From: Candidatus Sericytochromatia bacterium
GTDB taxonomy: Bacteria > Cyanobacteriota > Sericytochromatia > S15B-MN24 > JAQBPE01
Direction: 5' to 3'
DNA: 64,000 nt
Assembly: GCA_035285125.1 (NCBI GenBank)
Contig: JAYKHR010000045.1
Location: forward strand, 128,001 to 192,000
In this document: piece after piece, positions 1-10,565 of the stretch
Layout: each line of letters opens with the position of its first letter
Numbering within the stretch: position 1 is the first letter of the stretch
Position numbers and translations under genes: made by a program
Notes under the pieces: generated by a model
Told to the model about the DNA's origin: nothing
The model's database searches: none
The model's input: the letters and a program-made list of their open reading frames with translations, nothing else

Positions 1-1013
1 TTGCCGTCGCGCGGCAGGGGGTTGAGCCACGTCAGGCGGATTTCGGTCTCTTCCTCCCCGTCGGGCATCTGAAGCGCCCCCGCGGGGACCTCCATATACA
101 CCGTGTACAGCTCCTCGTCCGTCAGCGCGGCGAACAAGCCGAAGGCCCGCGCAGGGTCCAGCACGGAGGCGTTGGTGACGCCCGCCGCCACGGTGCCCGT
201 CAGGGGCGTGCTGTGCGCCACGCCGCCCTGCGCGATGTTGATGCGGGTGACCTGCCGGTCGAGCCGCAGCACCTGCGTGTGGTAGGTGGCGGTCTCGTTG
301 GGGTAGACGCCGAGGAAGTCGTCAAAGGGCACGTAGCCAGCCGCGTTCGAGCCGACGCGGATGGGGGAAGCCGGCGAGGGCTTGGCCTTGATCTGGTACC
401 AGCCGTCAGCGTTGGTGGTGGTCTGCTGGAGCTCCGTCATCACAGGGACGTTCGCCGCGGGATTGCCCTTGTCGTCGATGATCCGTCCGACGATGGTGGC
501 ATCGCCGCCCTTCGGGAAGACCTCACCCACCTTGGGGTCGACATAGACCGAGGGGCGCGTCCAGTTGACGGCCTCGGTGAGCGGCTTGGCCGCGTTGAAG
601 GGCAGGTTGGAGACGGGCACGTCGGTGAAGCCCGGCGCAGCCGCCGCGTTGACCACCACGGGTTGGGTCGGCGGCGCGTAGTCGGGCAGCGCACCTGCAG
701 CTCCCGCAGCGCCTGGGGTCGTCCCGGCAGGGCCTGCCACCTGTCCGGCCGTCCCGGGCGCCGGGCCCGCGGCCGTGTCCGTCTTGCCAGGCGCCTTCAG
801 GCCGGGGACGTCCTCAGGAGAGAGGAACTGCGGGCCACCCTTGCCCTGGTTGACGGTGCCGGTGCCGCGGGGGGCGACCCCCTGCGTCTGGTTGCCACCC
901 AGGTTTGCCGCGGGGTTGGCGCAGCCCCAGGCCGCCACGGCAAAGGCGGCAGCGGTAAGCGTGAGGCGCCCCCGGTAGCGCGTGAGCCAGGGGTTGGTTT
1001 GGTTCGAGCTCAC
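1..1013 (-). CDS. Mirror copy (partial, runs off the window start) of the lipoprotein at 21678-23054
   Basis: Reverse complement of 21678-22690. Confidence 0.8.
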   Translation of the reverse strand, partial: MSSNQTNPWLTRYRGRLTLTAAAFAVAAWGCANPAANLGGNQTQGVAPRGTGTVNQGKGGPQFLSPEDVPGLKAPGKTDTAAGPAPGTAGQVAGPAGTTPGAAGAAGALPDYAPPTQPVVVNAAAAPGFTDVPVSNLPFNAAKPLTEAVNWTRPSVYVDPKVGEVFPKGGDATIVGRIIDDKGNPAANVPVMTELQQTTTNADGWYQIKAKPSPASPIRVGSNAAGYVPFDDFLGVYPNETATYHTQVLRLDRQVTRINIAQGGVAHSTPLTGTVAAGVTNASVLDPARAFGLFAALTDEELYTVYMEVPAGALQMPDGEEETEIRLTWLNPLPRDG

Positions 1014-1374
1014 AAGACCCTCCTTCATCAGCACGACGGGAGCCCGATGGCCCCGCTTAACGTTTCGGTTCAATCTCCATGCCCTGTGCCCGTTCGGTGT
1101 TAACCCGTCGTGGCAGGCAAGGGGCCCGAACCGACCGATTCCGAGTTCCCGAGGGTCCGGCGCAGCAGCCTCCGCCCCCCTGTTTCAGTTATGCCCGGGC
1201 ATCATCACCTGGCTGATTAATGGAAGGTTAACCAGATCGCCCGGAAGGCCGGAAGATCGGGCCCCGTCCGCACAACCGGTTAAGGTTCAGCAAAGCCTGA
1301 GTTGTGACACGCAACCCCAGCGCGGCCAGGTGGGACAACGACCGAAGCAGCCCCGCCCCCTCAGGAGTACCGCC

Positions 1375-1794
1375 ATGCCCGTTGGCGCGCCGACCCGCAA
1401 GCCGCTGCTCGGCCTGATCATGCAGCGCGAGGGATTGATCGACGAGGCCACGCTGGCGCTGGCCGTCGAGGCCTGGGAGGCCCTGCGCGGGGAGGTCGGG
1501 TACGTGCCCTTCGGCCGCGTGGTGCTGGAACTCGGGATCTGCGATGCCGAGACGCTGGGCCCCTACCTGCACCTGCAGCGCCAGCTGGCCGTCGCGCCGG
1601 GGCCGCGCAAGCCGCTCGGGCACCTGCTGATCGAGAACGCGGTGCTGACGCCCTCTCAGGTGGCGATCGCGCTGAAGCTGCAGCGGGCCACGGGCAAGCC
1701 GCTCGGCACCCTGCTGGTCGAGGAAGAGGTGCTGCGCGAGCCTCAGCTGGAGGTGCTGCTCCGCTTCCAGGCCCGTAGCGTGCAGGCCGCCTGA
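1375..1794 (+). CDS. Small stand-alone protein of tandem MshEN-like (GspE/PilB N-terminal) motifs
   Basis: ATG 1375 after AGGAG. Four motifs resemble the MshEN consensus: LLGLIMQREGLIDEATLALA, PFGRVVLELGICDAETLGPYLHLQ, PLGHLLIENAVLTPSQVAIALKLQ, PLGTLLVEEEVLREPQLEVLLRFQ. Confidence 0.7.
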   Translation: MPVGAPTRKPLLGLIMQREGLIDEATLALAVEAWEALRGEVGYVPFGRVVLELGICDAETLGPYLHLQRQLAVAPGPRKPLGHLLIENAVLTPSQVAIALKLQRATGKPLGTLLVEEEVLREPQLEVLLRFQARSVQAA

Positions 1795-1889
1795 CGCCCT
1801 GAAGGCCCGCCTGGCCGCTTGCTCGCCCCCTGGGGGTTTGCTACGATAGCCCTTCTGGCGCTCATTTCGAAGCGAGAAGGCAGGCAGCC

Positions 1890-3194
1890 GTGCGATTCAA
1901 ACACCTCGAGCACCCGTCGATGGGGCTCCACGTGCTTGCCACGGACAAGTTCAAGACCAACACCGTGGTCGTGACCATGCGCCTGCCGCTCGAGCAAGGC
2001 CGCGTCACGCGGGTGGCCCTGCTGCCCTATGTCCTGACGCGCGGCACGGCGACCCACCCGAGCGTGCGGTCGATGAACGCGGCGCTCGACCAGCTGTACG
2101 GGTCATTCCTGACGGCCGACGTGCACAAGCTCGGCGATCGACAGGTCGTGCAGTTCCGCCTCGAGCTGCCCAACGGCAAGTACATCCCGGGCCGCCCCGA
2201 GCTGCTGAGGCAGGGCCTCGCCTTACTCTACGAGGTGCTGACCCGTCCCGTGCGGGAGGCCGGTGCCCTCAAGGCGTCCTTCGTCGAGCTGGAAAAGGAC
2301 GCGCTGCGGAAGCGGGTCGAGGGCATCTTCAACAACAAGGCGTCCTACGCGCGGATCCGCTGCGTCGAGGCGATGTTCCCGGGCGACGCCTACGGCCTGT
2401 TCGCCGGGGGTCGGATCGAGGACCTGCCCGCCATCGACCCGGCGGCGCTGGAGGCCGAGTACGGTCGCCTGCTGGCCGAGAGCACGATGGATGCCTTCGT
2501 GGTGGGCGACGTCGACCCCGACGCAGTGGCTGAGGAGCTGCGCCGCGTCTTCACCTTCGAGGGCCTGCGGGCGGGGCGCCCCGTGGAAGCCCCGATGGCG
2601 CCAGGCGTGCCGCTGCCACCGGTCGCGCCTGCGGTGCGCCGGATCACGGAGGCGCAGGACGTGAACCAGGGGCAGCTCGTGGTGGGGCTGCGCACGCCCG
2701 TGCGGCTCGTGGACCCGGGCTACCACGCGATGGCGGTGTACAACGGCGTGCTCGGGGCCTTCGCGCACTCCAAGCTGTTCATGACGCTGCGGGAGCAGGA
2801 GAGCCTGGCCTACGCCACGGGCTCGCGCTACGACCCCCACCGGGGCGTGCTGTTCATCCAGGCCGGCATCGACGTGGCCAACGAGCCGCGGGCCGTCGCC
2901 GTCGTCGAGGCCGCCCTCGAGGCGATGCGGCGGGGAGAGGTCTCGGAGCAGGAGCTCGCACAGACGCGCGCCATGATGCTGCACGGCCACCACGAGGTCG
3001 AGGACAGCCCGGGCAGGCTGATCATGCAGGCCTTCGAGGCGCTGGTCGCGGGCCGGGAGCACCCGCACGAGGCGCTGGCGGCGGTGCTGCCCACCATCGG
3101 CGTCCCCGAGGTCGCGGCCGCCGCTGAGACCCTCCGGCTCGACACCGTGTACTTCCTGCGCGACGCGCAGCCCGCCCCGACGGCCGCCCCCTAG
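1890..3194 (+). CDS. ymfF: M16 family peptidase-like protein, YmfF/YfmF type (lacks HxxEH)
   Basis: TDKFKT N-terminus, SKLFMTLREQESLAY, LDTVYFL C-terminus. Lies directly upstream of a YmfH-like gene. Confidence 0.85.
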   Translation: MRFKHLEHPSMGLHVLATDKFKTNTVVVTMRLPLEQGRVTRVALLPYVLTRGTATHPSVRSMNAALDQLYGSFLTADVHKLGDRQVVQFRLELPNGKYIPGRPELLRQGLALLYEVLTRPVREAGALKASFVELEKDALRKRVEGIFNNKASYARIRCVEAMFPGDAYGLFAGGRIEDLPAIDPAALEAEYGRLLAESTMDAFVVGDVDPDAVAEELRRVFTFEGLRAGRPVEAPMAPGVPLPPVAPAVRRITEAQDVNQGQLVVGLRTPVRLVDPGYHAMAVYNGVLGAFAHSKLFMTLREQESLAYATGSRYDPHRGVLFIQAGIDVANEPRAVAVVEAALEAMRRGEVSEQELAQTRAMMLHGHHEVEDSPGRLIMQAFEALVAGREHPHEALAAVLPTIGVPEVAAAAETLRLDTVYFLRDAQPAPTAAP

Positions 3195-3202
3195 GAGGTC
3201 CC

Positions 3203-4504
3203 GTGCAAGTCCGCACCTTCGACACCCTCAAGGAGTCCGTGTACGAGGAGACGCTGCCCAACGGGCTGGTGGTCCAGCTCGTGCCGCGGCCCGGCTACGC
3301 GAAGACCTTCGCCGTCTTCACGACCCGCTACGGGTCGGTCGACAACCACTTCCAGCGGGAGGGAGAGCCCGCCTGCCAGGTGCCCGACGGCATCGCGCAC
3401 TTCCTCGAGCACAAGCTGTTCGAAGAGGAGTGGGGGGACATCTTCCACACCTTCTCGAGCCAGGGCGCCTCCGCCAACGCCTTCACGAGCCACAACCGCA
3501 CGGCCTACCTGTTCTCCGCCACCGACCAGGTCGAGACGAACCTCGAGACGCTGCTGGACTTCGTGCAGCGGCCCCACCTGACGCCCGAGAACGTGGAGAA
3601 GGAGAAGGGCATCATCGAGCAGGAGATCCGCATGTACGACGACATGGCGTACTGGCGGGCCCACCGGCACCTGCTCGAGAACCTGTTCCACGTGAACCCG
3701 GTGCGCATCGACATCGCAGGGACGGCCGAGTCGATCGGCCGCATCGACCGCGAGACGCTGATGGCCTGCTACGAGACGTTCTACCACCCCAGCAACATGC
3801 GGCTGTGCGTGGTGGGCGACCTCGCGCCGGACCGCGTCATGGCCCTCGTGCGGGAGAACCAGGCGCGCAAGGCCTTCCCGCCGGCCCGCCCGATCACGCG
3901 CGTCTTCCCACCCGAGCCGCCTGAGCCCGCGCGCCGGACGCACACCGTGCGGCTCGCCGTCTCTCGGCCGATGGTGCTGCTCGGCTGGAAAGACCGGACG
4001 ACGACGCCTGCGGAGGGTCACCTGCGGCGCACGCTGCTGATGGGCCTGCTGCAAGACGTGATGTTCGGCCGCTCGTCCGCGCTGTTCCAGGACCTGCTCG
4101 ACCAGGGCGCCATCGACGACATGCTCGCCTACGACTACGACCTCGGCGAGGGCTTCGGCTACTCGTACATCGGGACGGAGACGGACGACCCGGCCGCCTT
4201 CGAGCAGGCCGTGCTCGCCGCCGTCGAAGCCTTCCGCCGCGAGGGCCTGCCCGCGGACGAGTTCGAGCGGGCCGGCCACAAGCAGATCGGGGACTACCTC
4301 TACACGCTCAACAGCCCGGAGGCCGTGGCGAACCAGGTGACGGAGGTCGCCTTCCAGCACGGCGACTACTTCGCCATCCCCGAGTTGTTGACCAGGCTCA
4401 CGCGGGAGGAAGCCGAGGCGTTGCTGCGGGAGCACTTCGATCCGGCCCAGTGCGTCACCTCGATCGTGCTGCCGGGCGGCGAGGCGCCCACGCCGGAGGG
4501 CTGA
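3203..4504 (+). CDS. ymfH: M16 family zinc peptidase, YmfH/YfmH type
   Basis: PDGIAHFLEHKLF (inverted HxxEH), ANAFTS, EKEKGIIEQEI, FYHPSNM. AGGAGG RBS. Confidence 0.92.
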   Translation: MQVRTFDTLKESVYEETLPNGLVVQLVPRPGYAKTFAVFTTRYGSVDNHFQREGEPACQVPDGIAHFLEHKLFEEEWGDIFHTFSSQGASANAFTSHNRTAYLFSATDQVETNLETLLDFVQRPHLTPENVEKEKGIIEQEIRMYDDMAYWRAHRHLLENLFHVNPVRIDIAGTAESIGRIDRETLMACYETFYHPSNMRLCVVGDLAPDRVMALVRENQARKAFPPARPITRVFPPEPPEPARRTHTVRLAVSRPMVLLGWKDRTTTPAEGHLRRTLLMGLLQDVMFGRSSALFQDLLDQGAIDDMLAYDYDLGEGFGYSYIGTETDDPAAFEQAVLAAVEAFRREGLPADEFERAGHKQIGDYLYTLNSPEAVANQVTEVAFQHGDYFAIPELLTRLTREEAEALLREHFDPAQCVTSIVLPGGEAPTPEG

Positions 4505-4683
4505 CAGGTGCAAAGGACGCGCTGGGCGTCCCGATGGCGGTCACCCCCCGGCCGGACGGGCGGCGGACCGTCGCCGATGCGGGCCACGGCCAGGTCCGCA
4601 TGGTCCCGGCGGAGCCCCTGCCAGGAGGCTTCACGACGCCGCGGGCTCGTTTTCAGCGCGCTGGCGAGGGGTACGTTGGGGCC

Positions 4684-7614
4684 ATGGCGCGCCTCCCCCG
4701 GCTTCGGACGCTCGGCACGGCCCTGCTGGTGTTGCTGGTCGGCTGTCAGGCCGCAGGTCCAGCCAGCGGGCCGCGACCCAAGGCCGGCGCCTCGCGCCCT
4801 GGCCGGGTGCTCCCCAGCGCCGTCTCGGCCAAGGGGAGGGTGGTCGTCGTGCCCCAACGCGGCACGGCCAGCACCCTCACGGGCAAGGCGAAGCTGATCG
4901 CCCACCCGGGCGGCGCCCTGATCAGCGATCAGGGGGGGGCCCTGATCAGCGATCAGGGGGGCGGCCTGATCAGCGACCAGGGCGGCGGCGTTATCAGCAA
5001 CAGCGGCGGCCGGCTGCTCGGCAACAACGGCGCGGGTCTCACGGGCCCGGCACGGCGGGTGGTGCTGCAGGCGGGCGCGGGCCTGGGCATCTACGGCCTC
5101 GCGGACGCGGAGCTGCGCCTCTTCGACGCCACGGGGCGGCTGCTCGTTGACGAAGCGGGCAAGCCCCTCGCGGCCACCACCGGCTCCGACGCGGCGTTCC
5201 GCCTCGAGGCGGTGCTGCCCCCCGGAAACCTCGTCGCCCGCATCAGGCTCTGGGACGGCGGCGAGCTCACCGCCATCGTGGCACAAGACGGGGCCCAGCA
5301 AGCGTCCCTGGAGCTCACCACGGCCTCCTCGCTCGGCGCCAGCTACGTGCTGGGGCTCGTGGCTGGCCAGCAGGCGGTCCTCGACAAGCTCCCCCGGGCC
5401 GAGAGCGACCGCCTCAACCGCGAGCTCGACGTCGTGCGCGGCTTCGCCAGGGGCGCCTTCGCGCACCAGGCCGCCACCCTCGATGCCATCACGGCCAAGC
5501 TCCGGCAGCGCGTCCCCGCCGTGGACCGCGTCGCCGAGGACATCAAGGCCCTGCTGCTCGGCCAGGCCCGGCTCGGCAGCGGCCGGCTCGCCACCGAGGT
5601 CCCGCTGGGCGGCCCCGGGGCCGTGGTCGCGACCCCCCGCGGGCTGCTCGTGACGGAGCTTCGCCCCGGTCGCGTCCGGCGGCTGGCGGCAGATGGGACG
5701 CTCGAGACCTTGGTGGACAAGGGCTTCGGCAGCTTCAAGACGAACCACCCGGGCCTGCAGGACCTCGTGGAGGCCCCCGATGGCACCCTGTACCTGACGC
5801 AGCGCAACGCCTTCCGGGTCTACCGGCTCGCGCCCGGCGCCCCTCCGGAGGCCTGGCTCGGCACGGGAGCGCAGGGCCGCGACCCGGCGGGCCCGCGCAC
5901 GGCCATGCGCGTCGCGCCCCGCTCGTTGGCCCTCGGGCCCGACGGCACCTTGTGGGTGGGGGAGGAGCGCGGCGGCGGAGAGACCAAGCTCACGCCGCCC
6001 AGGCTCATCGCGGTGCGACCGGACGGGCGCACGGAGGTGTTCCAGGACCCGGCCTGGGGGCCGGGCAGCGTGACCGGGCTGGCAGCAGGCCCCGAGGGCA
6101 CGGTCTGGGCGCTGCACGTCGGCACGGCGCCCGCAGCCGAGGGGTACAAGCCGGTGGGGCGCGTCAGCCGCCTCAGCGCAGGTCGCTTCGAGCCCGTCGC
6201 GCAGGGGCTGCCCGCGGGAGAGTGGGCAGACCTCGCGCTCGCCCCCGACGGCACGGTCTACGTGAGCACCGACGGCCCCGAGGGCATCAGGGTGGTGGCG
6301 GCGGACGGCAGCTGGCCCGCGCTGCCGCAGGCGGACGCCCTGCGGGCGCTGGGCCTCCGCCGCGCCAGCGGGCTCGGCGTGGGCCCGGACGGCACGCTGC
6401 ACGTGACGGACATGGCCTCCAACCTGGTCGCCTCCCTCCCGCCGGGCGGCCTCCCGCGGCTCGTGGCAGGGACGCAGGCGCTGTTCCAGTCCGGGGAGGG
6501 CCGGGGCTTCGCGATCAACCTGCCCGGCGGGCTCGCGTTGGACGGGCAGCAGCGCCTGTTCATCTCCGAGGTGGGCAGCCACACCATCCGGGCCTTCGAC
6601 GGCCACAGCCTCGTGACGGTGGCGGGCACGGTGGCCGGCCACGGCGGGGACGGAGGCCCGGCCACCGAGGCCCGCCTCGCGGGCCCCAAGGGCGTGGCCT
6701 GGGGGGCCAGCGGCCTTTGGGTGGTGGACGAGCAGAACGGCGTCCTGAGGCGCATGCGCCCGGACGGCGTGATGGAAACGGCTGCCGGGCAGGACCGCGG
6801 CGCGAAGCCGCTGGCGCCGGGCGAGAGCGTCGGGAGCGACGTCAGCACCTTCGGAGGGGGGATCGGGCTCACGCTGGGGCCCCGCGGCGAGCCCGTCTGG
6901 GCGAACGCCAAGGTGCGCCAGGTGCAGTGGCTCGACACGGCTGGTGGCACGCCGGTGGTGCGACACCTGCTCGGCGCCGCCCAGGACTTCTCGGAGGGGG
7001 CCGTGAACTCGGCCATCAGCAACCTGTTGCTCGGCCCGAGCACCCTCGAACCGGGCGACATTCGCCTCATCGTGCCCTTCGGCGTCGCCTTCGGGCCGGA
7101 TGGCGCCCTGTACGTCTCGGACAGCGGCACCATGCAGGTCTACCGCGTGCGGGGCTTCGGCACGGCCAGCCCCACGCTGGAGGTGTTCGCCGGCCTGCAC
7201 GTCAGCGAGGTGCTGGGGCGCCTCGCGCAGGACCCGACGCTGCCGGACGAGGAGGGGCGCCCCGCCCGCGAGGCGATGCTCGGCGTGCCGACGGGCATCG
7301 CGTTCGATGCCGCGGGCAACGTGTACGTGTGCGAGGCCGGCACCCGCAACCTGGACGCCCTGGTGCCGCTGCTCGGGCGCGACTTCCCGATCGATCTCGG
7401 GCTGCTGCCCGTCTTGCCGACGCGCATCCGCCGCATCACGCCGGCGGGCGTCATCACCACGGTGGCCGGGCCCGGCGGGAGGCGCTTCGCGAATCCGGAC
7501 GCCGAGGAGGCCCTCGTGACGCCCACGGGGCTCGCCTGGTTCCCGGACGGCCGGCTCGCCATCGCAGACTCGGGCAGCAACCTCGTGCACATCCTGCCGG
7601 CCGGGAGCTACTGA
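4684..7614 (+). CDS. Large NHL/beta-propeller repeat lipoprotein, paralog 1 (976 aa)
   Basis: Lipobox LLVGC, ISDQGG repeats, many P-x-G-L-A-x-x-P-D-G-x-L-Y-V-x-D blades, AGHGGDGGPATEARL. Start moved to ATG 4684. Confidence 0.85.
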   Translation: MARLPRLRTLGTALLVLLVGCQAAGPASGPRPKAGASRPGRVLPSAVSAKGRVVVVPQRGTASTLTGKAKLIAHPGGALISDQGGALISDQGGGLISDQGGGVISNSGGRLLGNNGAGLTGPARRVVLQAGAGLGIYGLADAELRLFDATGRLLVDEAGKPLAATTGSDAAFRLEAVLPPGNLVARIRLWDGGELTAIVAQDGAQQASLELTTASSLGASYVLGLVAGQQAVLDKLPRAESDRLNRELDVVRGFARGAFAHQAATLDAITAKLRQRVPAVDRVAEDIKALLLGQARLGSGRLATEVPLGGPGAVVATPRGLLVTELRPGRVRRLAADGTLETLVDKGFGSFKTNHPGLQDLVEAPDGTLYLTQRNAFRVYRLAPGAPPEAWLGTGAQGRDPAGPRTAMRVAPRSLALGPDGTLWVGEERGGGETKLTPPRLIAVRPDGRTEVFQDPAWGPGSVTGLAAGPEGTVWALHVGTAPAAEGYKPVGRVSRLSAGRFEPVAQGLPAGEWADLALAPDGTVYVSTDGPEGIRVVAADGSWPALPQADALRALGLRRASGLGVGPDGTLHVTDMASNLVASLPPGGLPRLVAGTQALFQSGEGRGFAINLPGGLALDGQQRLFISEVGSHTIRAFDGHSLVTVAGTVAGHGGDGGPATEARLAGPKGVAWGASGLWVVDEQNGVLRRMRPDGVMETAAGQDRGAKPLAPGESVGSDVSTFGGGIGLTLGPRGEPVWANAKVRQVQWLDTAGGTPVVRHLLGAAQDFSEGAVNSAISNLLLGPSTLEPGDIRLIVPFGVAFGPDGALYVSDSGTMQVYRVRGFGTASPTLEVFAGLHVSEVLGRLAQDPTLPDEEGRPAREAMLGVPTGIAFDAAGNVYVCEAGTRNLDALVPLLGRDFPIDLGLLPVLPTRIRRITPAGVITTVAGPGGRRFANPDAEEALVTPTGLAWFPDGRLAIADSGSNLVHILPAGSY
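4918..5040 (+). repeat. Coding 24-bp tandem repeat (LISDQGGA-type octapeptide, about 5 degenerate units); also at about 7908-8052, 10806-10962 and their mirrors
   Basis: ctgatcagcgatcaggggggggcc units are directly visible. Confidence 0.9.
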
Positions 7615-7670
7615 GGGGGTGCCGGGCCGGCCGGTTCGAGGCCGCGCCGTGCGGGTACCTGATCCCCACG

Positions 7671-10523
7671 ATGTCTCGAGCGAGCCTGCGCCTGACCCTC
7701 ACCGCGGCCCTGCTGGCCCTGTGCCTGGGCTGCCAGGCCAGCGTCGTGGCACGTCCCGGCCGGTCCCCACGGCCGCCGGGGCCGCTGCAGCCGGCAGCCT
7801 CCCCGGCCGCCCCCGGCCAGGCCGGCGCGACCCTCGCCGTGCCCCAGCGGGGCCAACCCACCCGCCTCACGGGGCTCGCCCGCCTCATCGCCGACCCGGG
7901 CGCCCCCCTGGTCGGGGACGCCGGGGGAGGGCTGCTGAGCAACACCGGAGGCGCCCTGCTCAGCGACCTCGGGGGCGCCGTCATCAGCAACAACAGCGGC
8001 ACCGTCGTGAGCAACAACAGCGCCGCCATCGTGAGCAACAGGGGTGGCAGCCTCACGGCCTCTCGCCGCGTGCTGCAGGCCGGCAGCGGCCTTGGCGTCT
8101 ATGGCCTCTCAGACGCCGAGGTCCGCCTGTACGACGCCGCCGGGCGGCTGCTCGTCGACGAGGCTGGCCGGCCCCTCGCAGCGACGACGGGCCCGGACGC
8201 CACGTTCAAGCTCGAGGCCGTGCTGCCGCCCGGGAACCTCGTCGCCCGCGTCAGGCTCTGGGACGGGGGCGAGCTGACCGCCATCGTCGCCCGCGAGGGT
8301 GCCAGCGAGGCCACCCTCCCCCTCTCGACGGCCTCCACCCTGGGCGCCACCTACGTCCTCGGCCTCGTCGGGGGCCAGCAAGCCACGCTCGACAAGCTGC
8401 CACGCAGCGAGAACGAGCGCCTGGTGCGCGAGCTCGACGTCGTGCGCGGCTTCGTGCGGGGCGCCTTCAAGCACGAGGCCACGACCCTCGATGCCATCAC
8501 GGCCGGGCTGCGCCAGCGCGTCCCGGCCGTCGAGCAGGTCGCTGCGGAGGTCAAGGCCCTGTTGCTCGGCCAGGCCGAGCTCGGGGCGGGCCGCCCCGCC
8601 ACGGAGGTGCCGCTGGGCGGGCCCCTGCACCTGGCCGTGTCGCGGGAGGGACGCCTCGTGATCGGCGAGCTGATCACGGGCCGCATCCGGGAGTTGCAGC
8701 CGGACGGCACGCTTGCGCTGCTGCTCGACCAGACCCACGGCCGCATCAAGCACAACGCCTTCTCGCTCTCCGGCCTCGTGGAGGGGCCGGATGGCACGCT
8801 GCACGCGGTGGTCAAGGGGGCCAACAAGGTGCTCCGCGTCTCGCGGTCAGCGCAAACGGTCTCCGTCGTGCTCGGGACGGGGAAGGAGGGCCGGAGCGCC
8901 CCGACCGACCCGCTGAAGGCGGACTGCACGCCCCTCTGCCTGGCCCTGGGGCCGGACGGCACGCTCTGGGTGGGCGAGCGGTCCAGCCGCGCTGCCGGCG
9001 GCCCCCCTCGGCTGCTGGCCCTGCGGCCTGGCGGGACGCTGGAGGCCTATACGCCCGAGGGCAGCCACAACATCCTGAGCGTGGCGGTAGGGCCCGGGGG
9101 GGCCGTGTACTCGCTGCGCTGGGACAGCGACGCTAATTCCTGCACCCTGTGGCGCCTCGACCCCGGGGGGCGCTGGACCCAGCTTGCCGCCGGGCTCGCC
9201 ACCGAGGGCCAGGGCGGGCTGTGCGTCACGCCCGAGGGCAGGCTGCTGCTCAGCGAGGGGAGGCGCGGTCGGGTGCTCGCGCTGCAGCCCGACGGCACGC
9301 TCGCGCCCCTGGACGGGCTGAGCCCAGGCCCCGCGATCCCAGGGGCGCTGGTCGCCCACCCGGACGGCACCGTGTTCATCGCCGACCTCGCCTCGAACGT
9401 GGTGTGGGCCTGGCGTGCGGGCAGCCCTCCCCGGCCCGTGGCGGGCACGGCCGCCGCCTTCCAGCTGGGAGAGACCCAGGCCTTCGCCATCAACACACCC
9501 CTCGGGCTGGCCGCAGACGGCCAGGGGGTGCTCCACATCGCCGAGGCGGGCAGCCGCAGCGTGAAACGCTTCGATGGCAAGGGACTCGCGGTTGTGGCGG
9601 GCGGCGGCAGCACCTCCGAGGAGGGCGTGCAGGCCCGTGAGGCCCTGCTGAAAAGCCTCACGGGGATTGCTTGGCACGACGGCGCCCTGCACCTGATGGA
9701 CCAGGGCAGCCAGCACATCCTCCGCGTCGGCCCGGACGGCACGCTGCAAACCCGGCACCGGCTCCCGAGCCTCAATGAAGCCTTCGGGCTGGCCTTCGGG
9801 CCGGACGGGCAGCCCTGGTGGACCCGGCCCGTCACGGGCGAGCTGCTCCGGCTGCTGCCCAGCGGTGAGGCCGTCCCGGCCGTGGGGCGCGGCGCGCTGA
9901 CCAGCGCCCAGCGCGCCGTGGCCCTGATCGGCCTGGCCGAGGCCGTCGGCCCGGACCCGGCGGAGCTGGCGACGGTCATGCCCGTGGCCGTGGTGCGCGA
10001 CCCGGACGGCCACATGGTGTTCTGCGACGCGGCGGCCGGGCGGGTGTACCGGGTGCGCACCGGCAGCCCCGGGACGGTGGAGCTCGTGGCCGGCCTGCCC
10101 CTGAGCCAGGCCATCCCGCGGGCGCTGGAGCTCAAGGCCGGCCCCGGCCTGGCGGCGGAGAACGGCCTGCAGGCCCGGGACGCGGTGCTATCCGTCCCGC
10201 TCGGCCTCGCCTTCGACGCGGCCGGCAACCTCTACGTCGCGGAAAGCGGCGACCGCAACCTGGAGGCCATGGCCCCCACGCTCGGCGCCAGCATCCCACT
10301 CGACGCCTCCCTGCTGGTGGGCATGCCCCCCCGCATGCGCCGCATCACGCCCGCGGGCGTCATCACGACGATCGCGGGCCCCGGCGGCAAGTTCTTCACG
10401 AGCCCCGAGGGCGAGGACGCCCTGTCCATGCCCATCGGCCTCCTCGTGATGCCCGACGGGCGCCTCGTGATCGCAGACGCTGGCAGCAACATGGTGCGCA
10501 TCCTGCCGGCCGGGAGCTACTGA
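7671..10523 (+). CDS. Large NHL/beta-propeller repeat lipoprotein, paralog 2 (950 aa)
   Basis: True start ATG 7671 (MSRASLRL...LCLGC lipobox). Collinear with paralog 1, same ILPAGSY C-terminus. Confidence 0.85.
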   Translation: MSRASLRLTLTAALLALCLGCQASVVARPGRSPRPPGPLQPAASPAAPGQAGATLAVPQRGQPTRLTGLARLIADPGAPLVGDAGGGLLSNTGGALLSDLGGAVISNNSGTVVSNNSAAIVSNRGGSLTASRRVLQAGSGLGVYGLSDAEVRLYDAAGRLLVDEAGRPLAATTGPDATFKLEAVLPPGNLVARVRLWDGGELTAIVAREGASEATLPLSTASTLGATYVLGLVGGQQATLDKLPRSENERLVRELDVVRGFVRGAFKHEATTLDAITAGLRQRVPAVEQVAAEVKALLLGQAELGAGRPATEVPLGGPLHLAVSREGRLVIGELITGRIRELQPDGTLALLLDQTHGRIKHNAFSLSGLVEGPDGTLHAVVKGANKVLRVSRSAQTVSVVLGTGKEGRSAPTDPLKADCTPLCLALGPDGTLWVGERSSRAAGGPPRLLALRPGGTLEAYTPEGSHNILSVAVGPGGAVYSLRWDSDANSCTLWRLDPGGRWTQLAAGLATEGQGGLCVTPEGRLLLSEGRRGRVLALQPDGTLAPLDGLSPGPAIPGALVAHPDGTVFIADLASNVVWAWRAGSPPRPVAGTAAAFQLGETQAFAINTPLGLAADGQGVLHIAEAGSRSVKRFDGKGLAVVAGGGSTSEEGVQAREALLKSLTGIAWHDGALHLMDQGSQHILRVGPDGTLQTRHRLPSLNEAFGLAFGPDGQPWWTRPVTGELLRLLPSGEAVPAVGRGALTSAQRAVALIGLAEAVGPDPAELATVMPVAVVRDPDGHMVFCDAAAGRVYRVRTGSPGTVELVAGLPLSQAIPRALELKAGPGLAAENGLQARDAVLSVPLGLAFDAAGNLYVAESGDRNLEAMAPTLGASIPLDASLLVGMPPRMRRITPAGVITTIAGPGGKFFTSPEGEDALSMPIGLLVMPDGRLVIADAGSNMVRILPAGSY

Positions 10524-10565
10524 CCGCCGGTTCACAGCTCTGGGAGCGGGGTAGGGAGAGGAGGT

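Noticed and set aside
5952..7670. N-terminal 573 aa of the 1523-aa ORF (and its mirror)
   Set aside because: Arg/Gly-rich off-frame shadow of paralog 1. The real start with a lipoprotein signal is at 7671.
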